A DNA stretch of 64,000 nt, from assembly GCF_006345805.1 (NCBI RefSeq), contig NC_043000.1:24614001-24678000 (forward strand). Reading direction: 5' to 3'. Of the stretch, positions 12,470-25,844 are shown piece after piece. The notes under the pieces were generated by a model. That model searched no databases and had not been told where the DNA came from. It saw nothing but the letters and a program-made list of their open reading frames with translations. Numbering within the stretch: position 1 is the stretch's first letter; each line of letters begins with the position of its first letter. A program made the translations under genes and the position numbers. The stretch comes from Octopus sinensis (taxonomy: Eukaryota).

Positions 12470-12890
12470 TCATCATCATAATCATTTTAATGTCCATTGC
12501 CCATGCTGGTATGGGTTGGATGGTTTGACCAAGGCTGGTAAACTGGAAGGCTGCACCAGACTCTAGTCTGATTTGGCATGGTTTTCAACGGCTGAATGCC
12601 CTTCCTAACGTCAACCACTCCAAGAGTGTAAATGGGTGCTTTTACATGCCACTGGCACAGATGCCATTTGCATGACACTGGTATCTGCCACAACAACGAT
12701 TTTGCTCAGCTTGACGAGTCTTCTTCTCAAGCATGACATAATGCCAAAGGTCTTGGTCATTGCCTCCATGAGACCCAATGCTCGAAAGGAACTCAGCCAC
12801 TTTGCCTCCATGAGGCCCAAAACTCGAAACGAATTCAGTGGAGCCACCTTGCCTCCATGAGGTCCACACTTGGAAGGAACTCGGCCAATT
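12470..12890 (-). mobile_element. RTE LINE 3'UTR with internal ~42-bp tandem repeats
   Basis: RTE tail block plus three TTGCCTCCATGAG-starting units at about 12760-12890. Confidence 0.7.
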
Positions 12891-12961
12891 TACCTGTGCT
12901 TCTGTTGCTAATGAAATAGAAACATGAAAAATAAGACAGGATGGTCATGGTTGGAATTCCC

Positions 12962-13110
12962 TTAACTCATTAACAATTAGATTACTCTGTCAAATGCTAT
13001 AATTATTTATCCACATTGTTTTGAATCAACCGTGTGTTACCTCACAGCTTTGGAATTTCAATGATGGCTGGTTTAAATGCTATGGCTGGTTTAAATGCTA
13101 AAAGGGTTAA
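12962..13110. mobile_element. piggyBac-type MITE (decayed, internally deleted)
   Basis: TTAA-C(T)C...AAAGGG-TTAA ends; interior related to 53139-53364. Confidence 0.6.
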
Positions 13111-14390
13111 TAATAGATCTCTTTTTCTGTGCCCACATGAAGTACAACAACACAGACAACAACAGAAACAACAACAACAAGCTAACAAAATCCCATTTTC
13201 ATCACCATTCTGAAAATTCCAAGTCTTTTACATATTCTCTAGCAAACATAATAAGAAGCTTAAAGAATTTAAAAAAAAACGTTTACTTAAGGTTTTAAAG
13301 GGATGGAGAGGGGTGAAGAGAAAAGGGGAGAAAGAAAGACAAGAAAACCTTAGTGTTATAGAATTTTGAATATGGAATTGGTAAAACTTTTCTCCTCCAC
13401 CATACAACACACACACACACAGACCTGTCTTCAGCTTTCTGTATATCTATCTATCTTTCTCCCCCACACAACATCTCTCTCTTTCTCTCTTTCCACTCAA
13501 GAAGGATAAAGAATTAATTTTCATAATAAGATTATTAATTTTATACATTTTAGATGATTTCCAGTTGAAGAAAGTAAAGCTGATTTTGAAAAACCAAGGT
13601 AGCTTACACACACATACATACACACAGACACACACACATGCAAGTATGCATGTGAGTGTATGCTGTATATGTATATGTGCGTGTGTACACATGTAAAAAT
13701 AAACAAATGCATGTGAGACAGAATAAGTGTCTATGTGGGATATAAGTATAATGTGTTTTAGGGGGTCTAACATCATCATCGTTTAACGTCCATTTTCCAT
13801 GCTGGCATGGGTTGGACAGTTTGACACAGTGGGACTGAACCCAGAACCATGTGGTTGGGAAGCAAGCTTCTTACCACACAGCTACTCCTGCACCTATAAC
13901 CATAAAACATTTTCTTTTAATAAGAGACAGGATGGTTATGGCCAGAATGCCTATGATCATAGGATTGTTTGATCAAAGTTGACCAGGGGTTATACAACAT
14001 ATTCTTAGAACAACTAAAAAAACATATATAAAAGAGGAAACCCCATCTTGAGACCTTGTGGTTTATAGAAGGGGGTTGTGCTAACCATACTGATAAGATG
14101 GAGTCATGACTGAAGTCAGTGGTGTTGCGTGGTGTGGTGTTACTAAAGCATGTCACTGTGCACTTCAGCTTCTTCATCACTGATATCAGACACGAACAAG
14201 AATGATGACTTAGCATTAAGATATCAAATGAACTGGAAACCTACGAGTGGTCTGGTGTGTGGAGATAAAGTCTTAAAACATGAGAATAACTTAACGTAAA
14301 ACTGGGTCACCAATAAACCCTGTTCTTGCACAACTTTCAGAGCTAATCACACAAGATTTTATTTATTTAAAAAAATATCTTTTCATTATT

Positions 14391-14520
14391 ATTATCTCCA
14401 CCTTAGCGAAGGCAGAAGTATTGTTTCCAGTCTTGTTTGTTTGTTTGTCTGTGGACAAGATATCTCAAGAACTGCTGGATGGATTCGGATGAAATTTTCA
14501 GGGATGTTTGGCCTCATGAT
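14391..14520 (+). mobile_element. Helentron/DINE-1-like non-autonomous element, 5' fragment
   Basis: TTATCTCCACCTTAGCGAAGGCAGAAG hairpin, (GTTT)n, then ...GGATGGATTCGGATGAAATTTTCAGGG, the usual HINE/DINE-1 layout. Confidence 0.55.
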
Positions 14521-14699
14521 ATTTCTGCTGCTATTAAATAAAGTATATATATATGAACAACATCTTTCAGTTTCTGTTGTCTACCAAATACACTCACAAG
14601 GCTGATGCCATACAGTAGGATTGAACCTGGAACCTGATTGGGAAGCAAGCTTCTTGCTACACAACCATGCCTGCACCTTCTTCCTAAAATCTGCCATGA

Positions 14700-15460
14700 G
14701 TGTTCCCTTTTTACTTATATACAACACAACCAAGCATCATACTAGACACTTCCTTTGAAGAACCACACCTCAAATTACTAACTGGTTAACTATCTCTAAT
14801 GATACCAAGAAGACTATGTGGCATGCAAAACAGTTTGAAGATTCTGTAATTTCCAGAGGAATGTAACACAAGAATCTATTCTCTCACCCACTCAGTGTAA
14901 TATCTATCTATACGTCCTTCCACAACTCCAGAAAACACACAGAGCTTACATATGCAAATGGCATCACAGCAACATCCTCTCACCATTTTTCTAGACAGCT
15001 GCAAAACTACTCCATCCCTACATCAACCACTTAGAAACCTGGTTCCAAACAGACTAAAAGTAGCACCAACTGAATCCCCTTCCTTCTTAGTAGCAGACAT
15101 CAAAGAACATGAAATACAGTTAACCACTGCACTCAACAACATAAACACACCACATACTGGGAAGGGAAAAAAAATATAATAGAAATTCCCAACAACATTT
15201 TCTACAAGATTCACAGCAAACAAAAAAAATATAGTAAAAAAAAAATATGAAAGATGCAAAAACATTAGATGAGTGCTCAAAGGTATCGTACATGGCCAAA
15301 GAAGAAACAACAACAGATTAGCACCATCATGCCCGGGCCTACACTCTCTCACAGTAAATTAGAGAATATGTAGACTGGCACACTTCAATTCAAGATAAGC
15401 CACATAAAGACCACATCTACAACCACCTGTACATGTTGTCACACCAAACTGTAAGCTTTC
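14700..15460 (+). pseudogene. Decayed non-LTR reverse transcriptase (I/Jockey-group LINE relic)
   Basis: 14863 onward reads VTQESILSPTQCNIYL (cf. GVPQGSILSPTLFNIY); 14951-14962 reads YANG (cf. YADD); then ..LETWFQ..RLKVAPT across frameshifts. Confidence 0.65.
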
Positions 15461-15629
15461 ACTGTCACTGCTATTAATAAATATAAGATTACTCCTTCAG
15501 CTAAAAGAAAAAAAAACCCAAAACAGCTAAAAGAAACGAAACAGAAAAACACCCCCCAAAAAACAGCTAAATGAGATGAAACAAAAAAAAAACAACAAAA
15601 AAACACCTAAAAGAAACGAAACAAAAAAA

Positions 15630-15930
15630 ACGGGTACTCCGTCGGTTACAGTTGATCCAATCAACAAAACAGCCTGCTCATGAAATTAACATGCAAGTGG
15701 CTGAGCGCTCCACAGATATGCGTACCCTTAACATAGTTCTCAGGGAGATTCAGCGTGATACAGAGTGTGAAAAGGCTGTCCCTTTTGAAATACAGGTACA
15801 ACTCATTTTTGCCAGTTGAGTGAACTGGAGCAATGAGAAATAAAGTGTCTTGCTCAAGGAAACAATGTATTGCTGGGAATTGAACTCACGACCTTATGAT
15901 TATGAGTCAAATATCCTAATCATGAAGCCT
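15630..15930 (-). mobile_element. tRNA-derived SINE (family E-related)
   Basis: Reverse B box GAATTGAACTC and CTTGCTCAAG / GAGTGAACTGGAGCA core shared with 25525-25820, 46280-46600, 56600-56830, 58810-59150. Confidence 0.65.
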
Positions 15931-16011
15931 CATGCCCCTCTATACTCCAAGACACATACAGCAACTCAGTCCTAACAAATACAGAACATAAAAATAACAG
16001 TAGTAATAGTA

Positions 16012-16530
16012 TTCATCATCATCATCATCATCGTTTAACGTCCGTTTTCCATGCTAGCATGGGTTTGACGGTTTGACCAGGGTCTGGGAAGCCAGGAGGC
16101 TGCACTAGGCTCCAGTCTGATCTAGCAGTGTTTCTACAGCTGGATGCCCTTCCTAACGCCAACCACTCCGTGAGTGTAGTGGGTTGTTTTTACGTGCCAG
16201 GGGAGGCTGACAGCATCCACGATCGGTTGGTGCTTTTTACATGCCACCAGCACAGAGGCCAGTCAAGGTGGCGCTGGCAACGGCCACGTTCGGATGGATC
16301 TTTTTATGTGCTATCACTGGTATCACAACTACAATTTCCATTGATTTTTTTGATCGATTTCGCTTGCCTCAACAGGTCTTCGCAAGTAGAGTTTTGTGTC
16401 CCACGAAGGAAAGATATGCATAAGTGGACTGGCTACATCCCAGGTAAAGGCCACGGGTTATGGTCTCACTTGTCTTGCCGGGTCTTCTCATGCACAGCAT
16501 ATTTCCAAAGGTCTCGGTCACTAATGGCAC
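16012..16530 (-). mobile_element. 5'-truncated RTE LINE (ORF2 end plus 3'UTR)
   Basis: Minus strand ends ORF2 as ..DRDLWKYAVHEKTRQDK*, followed by the 3'UTR and (GAT)n tail. Confidence 0.8.
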
Positions 16531-17224
16531 TAAGTAAAGAGAAATCAGTCACTTTTGCCAGACTCTACTGTGGATGCCAGCAGAACTTGCAGACATGACC
16601 ATGTGACTGAGAAGGTTTCCCTTACAACCATGTGGGTCTGGATTCAACCTCACATAGCTGAACTTTGGGGAAAGTGGCTTTCACCGTAACCTTGGGTTGC
16701 CCCAAGTCTCATGAGTGAAATTTGACAGATGGAAACTAGGCTGAAGCCTTTTATATATGACCAGCTTCCACACAGTTTCCTCCACCGTCCAAGAATTTGG
16801 ACCTGGAGATCACCATTTCCTGTGACTTCGAGGTGTCGGGCATCAACGACGAGTCCTCGACTACAACAAGTTTTTTTTCCAAGGTCTGGGGTCTCCCGCT
16901 TCTAAGCCCTAGACCATCACCTAATCACCCTTACCCATCTTGTTGCTTAACAACAACAGTTCCCTCCTATCAAATTTACTCACAAGGCATTGGTAGGCCC
17001 AAAGCTATAGTAGAAGACACTTGTATAAGGTAACCATGCGGGGGGACTGAACCTGAAATGCATGGTTACAAAGTGAACTTCTTAACTACAGAGCTAATGT
17101 TAGTTTGCTTTTATTTTTTGTAATGTGCTTCAATGCCTGATATTGTCAAGAGATTTCAATTCACACCAAAAGCTCCACAATGGGATTAAAACATTTTCTT
17201 ATATGAAAATATTTTTCTAAAAGT

Positions 17225-17610
17225 TTATAGGTGCGGGAGTAGCTGTGTGGTAAGAAGCTACCTTCTCAACCACATGGTTCCAGGTTCAGTCCCACAGCAT
17301 GACACCTCAGGCAAGCGTCATTTACTTATAGCCTTGGGCTGACCAAAGCCTTGTGAGTAAATTTAGTAGACAGAAACTGAAAGAAGCCTGTCGTATATGT
17401 GTGTGTGAGTGTGTGCGTATGTCTTTATGTCTGTGTTTGTCTCCCCACCATCACTTGACAACTGATGTTGGTGCATTTACATCACTGTAACTTAGCAGTT
17501 CGGCAGAAGAGACCAATAGAACAAGTACCAAGCTTACAACCAATAAGTTCAGGGGTTGATTTCTACGAATAAAAGGCAATGCTCCAGCATGGTTGCAGTC
17601 AAATGATGAA
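17225..17610 (+). mobile_element. SINE family B
   Basis: Family motifs; joined tail-to-tail to a family D SINE. Confidence 0.8.
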
Positions 17611-17850
17611 TGCGCATCCAGGCTCAGCGGTTGCGTAGGAAGTCGGGGACAGGAAACAGGAAGAAAGAGTGAGAGAAAGTTAGAGCGAAAGAGTACAACA
17701 GGGGTCGCCACCAGCCCCTGCTGGAGCCTCGTGGAGCTTTAGGTGTTTTCGCTAAATAAACATACACAACGCCCTGTCTGGGTATTGAAACCGCGATCCT
17801 CTGACCGTGAGTTTGCTGCCCTAACCATTGGGCCATTGCGCCTCCACTAA
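17611..17850 (-). mobile_element. SINE family D
   Basis: Aligns by eye with 1-246. Confidence 0.8.
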
Positions 17851-18227
17851 GTGATGCTGCTCATTTGCGATGTCCATTTGTGGAGAAATATTACATTTCT
17901 TGGGAACAGGTAAGGGTTGGTGAGAGGAAGAGCATCCAAGAGTTGAAATTCTACTTCCACAAATTTAGTCTGACCCCTATAAGCATGGACAGGTGGATGT
18001 CATAAATGACAACGATCAATCAGGCACATTGCACACCACAGATCTAACTGATGTGATTTGGTATACTGCCATTGAAATGAGGACGTTCTTTGCTTTCTTT
18101 TTTGATATTGTTGAACTTGACATTTTAATATCAATACACAAGCATATCAGTAAAGTTTCTGTCAGGCCACAACCATTTTTGTAATTTTACCAGAATAAAA
18201 AAGAAATTGAATACAGAAGCATGTGCT

Positions 18228-18258
<31 letters not shown>

Positions 18259-18405
18259 GTAGAAACACTGCCAGATCTGACTGGACTGGTGCAGCTTTCG
18301 GGCTCCCCAGACCCCAGTTGAACCGTCCAACCCATGCTAGCATGGAAAGCGGACGTTAAATGATGATGATGATGATGATGATATATATATGCTTCTTTGT
18401 ATACT

Positions 18406-18441
<36 letters not shown>

Positions 18442-19039
18442 CACTTCTTTATATATTTGTGTGTGTGTGTGTATATATATATGGTTCTTTGTATATTTGT
18501 GTGTGTGTGTATATATATATACACACACACATGCTTCTTTGTATATTTAGAAGAAATCTTTTTTTTTTTAAATGCACAGTTGAATTTCTTCTGTTAATTG
18601 ATAGCTTGCAGACACTAGTATGCCTTCAGACTAATCATGCTGTCAGTTTCATTGAGAGCAATATATTTTAAAAGATGCCTTTTGGCTTTTAAAACTGTAC
18701 TAAATCACTTATAACTTTAAAAGAAAATAAGTTTTAAGATTCAGAAAAAAACAAAAAAAAAATGAGAAATAGATATCTTTTTCTCTTTTTGAAGCATGAA
18801 ATGCAGAATTAATTTTAAAACCACACCATTTCTGTCATAACTTATTAACTATTTCCCAACCATAGATTTATTTTCAGAGTATATCTCGCCAAATCTATAT
18901 TATTTTCAAAAACTTAGAAGAAACGATATTTATTTTGCATATGTAGGAAAAAATAAAACTATACCTATAATTAGAGAAATGGTGCCATAGGCCATAATAA
19001 TTAATTGTATATAACAATAGTGAGATATATAATAGCAGT

Positions 19040-19625
19040 GAGAATATTAAACAAGATATTGGTTGGAGGTAGTTGGGTGAGGTAGGTTTGCATTAATGGT
19101 CACAAGTTCAAATCTTACAAGAGAATACCCTCCATCAGGCATTTGCCATATTCTGAACACCTTACTTCCCTGGGCATGGATACATTGAAACTCCGACGTC
19201 TGGCAGCTGACTTGGCAGACACCCATAAAATTATTAACCATCTTACAAACAATAACACTGAGCACCTTTTCAAACTCCACCTGTCTAACACCCACGGACA
19301 TGTTTACAATGTCAGAAAAGAGCACAGCTCCCATGACTTTCGGAAACATTTTTTCATGCTAAGAGTTGCAGAAGCATGGACCAAACTGCTGGCATCGGTT
19401 GTTAGTTGTCGGAGCACTGCATCCTTCAAAACTTCCATGCTTCCTGAGATTTGCCAACACTACACCTGATTTTCTCCTCTCCATACACATGCAAGCATGT
19501 ATCTGACTCATACACTGTTCACTTTCCAGACATTTGTACATTACTGCATATGCTTTATACGCACTTTTGACAAGTTGTGGTGCACCTGAGCATTGCATAC
19601 AATAATTTCATCATTATTATTATTT
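19040..19625 (+). mobile_element. CR1-type LINE 3' end
   Basis: KRIPSIRHLPYSEHLTSLGMDTLKLRRLAADL..HSSHDFRKHFFMLRVAEAW..SFK is the canonical CR1 ORF2 C-terminus; (CAT/TAT)n tail. Same 3'UTR at about 27660-27800 and 63780-64000. Confidence 0.85.
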
Positions 19626-21065
19626 ATCTTAACATCCATAAAATAAAAATGAGCAAAGCATGGCCACAGTCTCAGGGCTGAAACATGTAAAAGAGTTAGC
19701 ATCAGCTTTCAGAGGATCATCAGGTATTAGATGTTTACTCACATGAGAATGAGTAATCCAATAGTTCTTGTCTTTGTTGCTATAGTAATGGTGATGACAA
19801 TGTTCTGTTGTTTAGCCCCAGGTCAGTCCTTATTGAGCAGACCTCTGCTCAAAGGCATTTTAGACACGACTAATTTTCTCCAAATGTGTGGAAACCCAGG
19901 AGCACATTATTCAATGTGTCCTTTAACCAAGGTAGTAGAGTTTAATTTGATGGAGATTTGACTGCTGTTTCTGGAGAAAAAGCAACCACACAGAGAGTGG
20001 CCCATTGTCATGGCAATATGGTAAGGTGATAAAAGTTGCAGAGGTGAGATAATGACCATAATGATGCTGCAGGGTTGTGGAAGCACCATTTGAAAACCTG
20101 GGCACACTGGAGAGTTACCTAGAGGCCCCACATATCTAGGTGCTCCAACAGTAATCCACATACCTTTTGATTGTGTATATAGGGACCCTAGCTTTCCTGA
20201 GGGCCTATAACACAATAATACTGAACCTAAGGCTATATAAGATTGCAATGCAAGCTTGTTAACCATACAGCCAAGCCTGCATCTTATATTAATAATAATT
20301 CATAGCCTTTTAAAATATTGACTTAAATTAAAATATCATCATTTTTGGTGCAGTTTTTACTGAATTGAAGAAGAAAAATCAAAGAGTACAAAGTTATTAC
20401 TTTCAAAGAACAAAAGAAAGCAAAATACACAAAATGGCCAAAAGTTGTTTTGCAGATTATCTTAAAGACAAAATTTCATTTTTTTACAGAGTCTGTCAAC
20501 AAAAGTAATATATTTACAAGATTACAATCTAAACAGCATACATATACACACTATCATTATATGTACACATATGGTACAATCATGACTGTGTGTGTGGTAT
20601 GGTACAAGCATAGGGGTGTGGCACAATCACTGCTGTATGTGTGCGTGTGGTACAAGAATAGGAGTGTGGTACAGTGCAGTGAGAGCTCAAAGGTTAAGTT
20701 TTGGGTTTAATTGCATTCTGTCCGAGGGTCCAAGTTTCTTTTACCATAGAATCAGTTGACCAATGCTTAGTGAGTAGAACTTGGTAGATGGTAACTGTGT
20801 GAGAGTCAATGACACTATTGCTTACCAAATGAGAGATGAAAATATAAACCTTGATCTTTTACTTGTTTCGGTCATTTGACTGCAGCCATGCTGGAGCACC
20901 ACTTTTAGTTGAACAAATCAACCCCAGGACTTATTCTTTCTAAGCTTAGTGCTTATTCTATTGGTGTCTTTTGCTGACCCACCAAGTTACGGGGACGTAA
21001 ACACACCAACATTGGTTGTCAAGTGATGGTGGGAGAATGCACACACACACAAACACACACTCATG

Positions 21066-22394
21066 TATCATCATCATCCTCATCATCATCGTTTAACGTC
21101 CGTTTTCCATGCTAGCATGGGTTGGACGGTTCAACTGGGGTCTGGGAAGCCAGAAGGGTGTGCCAGGCCCAGTCTGATCTGGCAGTGTTTCTACAGCTGG
21201 ATGCCTTTCCTAACGCCAACCAATCTGAGAGTTTAGTGGGTGCTTATCATCATCATCATTTAGCGTCCGCTTTCCATGCTAGCATGGGTTGGACGGTTTA
21301 ACTGGGGTCTGTGAAGCCGGAAGGCTTCATCAGGCCCAGTCAGATTTGGCAGTGTTTCTACGGCTGGATGCCCTTCCTAACGCCAACCACTCCGCGAGTG
21401 TAGTGGGTGTTTTTTACGTGCCACCTGCACAGGTGCCAGACAGAGCTGGCAAACGGCCACGAACGGATGGTGTTTTTACGTGTCACCGGCACGGGGGCCA
21501 AGCAATGCTGGCAACGGACACGAACGGATGGTGCTTTACGTGCCACCAACACGGGGCCAGACAGAGCTGGCAAACGGCCACGAACGGACGGTGCTTTTAC
21601 GTGTCACCTGCACGGGGGCCAGCCGAGGCTGGCTACGAACACGAACGTATGGTGCTTTTACGTGCCACCGACACGGGGCCAGACAGAGCTGGCAAACGGC
21701 CACGAACGGACGGTGCTTTTACGTGTCACCTGCACGGGGGCCAGCCGAGGCTGGCAACGAACACGAACGGATGGTGCTTTTACGTGCCACTGACACGGGG
21801 CCAGACAGAGCTGGCAAATGGCCACGAACGGACGGTGCTTTTACGTGTCACCGGCACGGGGGCCAGCCGAGGCTGGCAACGGACACGAACGGACGGTGCT
21901 TTTATGTGCCACCGACACGGGGCCAGGCCAGGCTGGCAACGAACACGAACGGATGGTGCTTTTACGTGCCACCGACACGGGGGCCAGACAGTGCTGGCAA
22001 ACGGCCACGAGCGAATGGTGCTTTTACGTATCACCGACACGGGTGCCAGACGAGGCTGACAGTGGACACGAACAGATGGGTCACTTAACCCCTGCTTTCT
22101 GATATATGATTTGATTTTGATTGTTCTCACTGGTCTTGCCGGGTCTTCTGACGCACAGCATACTTCCATAGGTCTCGGTCTCTGGTCATTTCCTTGGTGA
22201 GACCTAGAGTTCGAAGGTCGTGCTTCACCACCTCGACCCAGGTTTTCCTGGGTCTACCTCTTCCACGGGTCCCCTCAACTGCCAGGGTGTGGCACTTTTT
22301 CACACACCTATCTTCATCCATTCTCGCCACATGACCATACCAGCGCAATCGTCTCTCTTGCACACAACATCTGATGCCTCTTAGGTCCAACTTT

Positions 22395-22400
<6 letters not shown>
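21066..22400 (-). mobile_element. Young 5'-truncated RTE LINE (21246-22400) plus a second RTE 3' end in tandem (21066-21245)
   Basis: Uninterrupted ORF 22127-22402: QERRLRWYGHVARMDEDRCVKKC..GTRGRGRPRKTW..RDRDLWKYAV, the RTE ORF2 C-terminus; CpG-rich 3'UTR; (GAT)n tail. Confidence 0.9.
21411..22080. repeat. ~61-bp minisatellite, 11 units, inside the RTE 3'UTR
   Basis: Units begin TTTACGTG at 21413, 21475, 21535, 21596, 21657 and onward. Confidence 0.9.
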
Positions 22401-22429
<29 letters not shown>

Positions 22430-22436
22430 CTTTTCT

Positions 22437-22479
<43 letters not shown>

Positions 22480-23279
22480 TATATATATAAATATGTTAGG
22501 GGTTATGGGTGTAACCCACAAATGGATAGTATTTATCCAAGATACTGTTGGTAAAGTACCCAGATTCTTAATACATACATTTTTTGATTGCAATGCAATT
22601 AACTTATTTATTGTATTAAACGGGTGAAAGTAAAGAATTTGTATTCTTATCTTATATGTACTGAATTATAAGATATATATGTATGCTATTAAGGTTCTCA
22701 TTTTGTTAAATGAATAAATAATTCAACATTCTAATATCCGAAAGTTGATGAACAAACTAAATTTGTTTCTCCATTTTCTTATTTGTATATATATATATAC
22801 AGAAGCTTCTTTCAGTTTCCGCCTACCAAATCCATTTAGAAGTCTTTGGTTGGCCTGAGGCTGTAATAGAAGACACTTGCCAAAGGTGCTATGCAATGGG
22901 ACTGAACCTGGAACCATGTGGTTGGGAAGCAAGCTTCTTACCACACAGCCTATTTTTATAAAGTAAAAACTAAGCATCTATTTTTTTTTAACAAAGACAC
23001 ACAAATGAGGGGCAAAAACTGTTAAGCAACAGTGAAGCTTCTCACTAAGTCGAACTTGCAATGCAGAGCAGTTCTTGGTTGAAATGTTGTAACTGGTATT
23101 TTGCTTTTGACACTGTTGGGAAATGTATGAACATCACAACTTTCTCTCCCCATTGGTCTTTTTGAAAACAGACCATACATATTGAAACAAAGGAATCTAT
23201 CACAAATAATGCACATATGCAAACACACATACATGCATGCATACAAACACACACATAAGTGCACCATGTGAATGTAAAG

Positions 23280-23790
<511 letters not shown>

Positions 23791-24233
23791 TATATAACTT
23801 AGACACATTATTTAATTGCGAGGAAGGGAGAGGGTGATAAAGGAGTTTATTGAAGCAAATGATCTATATTAAATAAAGTGAACTTCAACCTATAAAATAT
23901 GGATTTTGTCAATACTTCTGCTGGTTCATGATGTGAAGATAGTATCATTGAACCAGAGATTAACAAAACAAATATGCAATACAACAGATTGTGTTGCAGG
24001 CGGCAGCCAAAACGTTAAGTTTATTAGTTTTACTAGAATGACTTCTGCCCTTTATCTAACTCAACTTAACCCCATTTGAGGATCAAAGGCAGGTTACCCT
24101 TAAGACAAACAGACCTCTGCACACAAAGACATAAATTATAGTTGCTCAGAAGACAAACAGAGCTTGTAACACAAGGGCACAAGATGCATTTGCTCAGTTC
24201 CTGTTGAACTGAAGAAAAAGAAAGAAAGGAAGC

Positions 24234-24282
<49 letters not shown>

Positions 24283-24445
24283 TAAATGAGTTTAGTTTAA
24301 AGGTTTCTATAGTAATCTTCAAAAAAATAATTTATTATAGTTTCACCAGTGCACTACATCTAATCTGCCAAACTGCCACAGATATATACATCTGTAAAAT
24401 CTACAAGTTTTTTTCATTCTCTCTCTGTTTATTTTCCCTTATTCC

Positions 24446-24479
24446 TTTCTGTTGAAGAGCGTAGGCTCGAAACGTAAAA
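24446..24479 (+). ncRNA. Minimal hammerhead-like motif, variant core CUGUUGA
   Basis: TTT-CTGTTGA-A-GAGC-GTAG-GCTC-GAAA-CGTA-AAA; perfect stem II, stem I TTT/AAA, ACGT palindrome as stem III. Confidence 0.55.
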
Positions 24480-24574
24480 AAAACTTCATTTTCCTGAGTG
24501 TCAAACTAATACACTTGCTTGTTGTTCATATACTTGCCATCATCTTTTGTTTTTCTATAAATTACAACTATATA

Positions 24575-24619
<45 letters not shown>

Positions 24620-24684
24620 TCAAATTGTCCAACCCATGCCAGCATGGAAAGCGGATGTTAAACGATGATGATCATGATGATGAA

Positions 24685-25522
24685 GGTGTGGTAAATATAT
24701 TGTTATCTAAATTATGCAAAAATGAAAATAACACTGACATCTCATTTTAACATATATATTTACTAAAATTATGTAAAAATATCTTGAAATACTAAAGAGT
24801 AAATTTATTCAATTAAATCACCATTGGCTTCAACCATAGCCTCCAGACGACTTCAGAATCTCCTGCAACTCTTCTGAATGGTCTCCTTGTTTAAATTGGT
24901 CAATGCTGCCATAATCGTTGCCTTCAGTTCATCTTTGGTGTTACATAGAATTTTGTTAGTCTCTTGCTCAATTGCACCCCAAACATAATAATCAAGGAAG
25001 TTGCAGTCTGGGGAGTTAGGTGACCAGATGTTAGGTGTGATGTGGTTGCAGAAATTGTCTGACAGCAATGACTGGGTTCTCCTGCTTGTGTGGCATGGTA
25101 CAAAGTCCTGTTGCCAGACAAAGGGTCTTCCAGCAGCCACCCTCTTGACATAGGCCAGCACTACTTCCTCTAGGCACTCAATGTAGGCCTCTGCGTTGAG
25201 TCTGAGGCCGTGTGGGAAGATGAATAGAGGCATAAGGTCACCATCATCAGTGATCACTCCAAACACCATGATGTTAACTGGATGTTTGATATTTATCACT
25301 CTCAGTACATGCCCCCAGATTGATAGCCAGACGCTCTGAAATGTTTGTATTGGAGCTTCTGGTGTAAATGCCAAGCAGTACAGCATGTCATTTCCAAATT
25401 TCTGGCAGAGTGAATTGTGTCATGGTGCTGTTTTTCTCACAGACAGTTCCCAGTCAACAACATCAAAAACAAACAATGTGCATGCATGAAATCAAAATTG
25501 CGACAATTTACCCATTGCACCC
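24685..25522 (-). mobile_element. Internally deleted Tc1/mariner transposon, DD37D (maT-type)
   Basis: ORF 24853-25386: IMVFGVI..WQQD-(37 aa)-SPDCNFLD-YYVWG; first catalytic D and DNA-binding domain are missing; imperfect (A)GGGTG ends. Confidence 0.85.
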
Positions 25523-25524
25523 TA

Positions 25525-25820
25525 AAAGTTCCCCTCCGAGGCAGAAGTCTGGGCAAGGTTGTTCTATGGAAGACCAGCAGTCACCCATGCATACCAGCCC
25601 CCACTCTCCATGTCACCAATGTTATCCAAGGGAAAGGCAAAGGGCAATACAGCTTGGCACCAGTGACTTCGCAACTCATTTCTACAGCTGAGTGAACTGG
25701 AGCAATGTGAAATAAAGTGTCTTGCTGAAGAACACAACGCACAGCCCAGTCCAAGAATTGAACTCACCACCTCATGATTGTGAGCCCGACACTCTAACCA
25801 CTGAGCCATGTGCCTTCACA
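25525..25820 (-). mobile_element. tRNA-derived SINE family E
   Basis: Head GGCACATGGCTCAGTGGTTAGAG / GAGTTCAATTC, core CAAGACACTTTATTTCACATTGCTCCAGTTCACTCAGCTG. Confidence 0.8.
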
Positions 25821-25844
25821 CTATCCACTTGTAATAACAAAATA

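Noticed and set aside
13554-13598. 45-nt plus-strand micro-exon candidate (DDFQLKKVKLILKNQ)
   Set aside because: Plausible AG/GT ends but weak donor (GTAGCT) and no recognisable homology; expected by chance in 64 kb.
21411-22080. CRISPR-like regular array
   Set aside because: Units are contiguous near-identical repeats with no unique spacers, inside a eukaryotic retroelement; no cas genes.
21289-22169. Overlapping ORFs of 128-256 aa
   Set aside because: Translations of the 61-bp minisatellite and RTE 3'UTR; periodic peptides, no domain.
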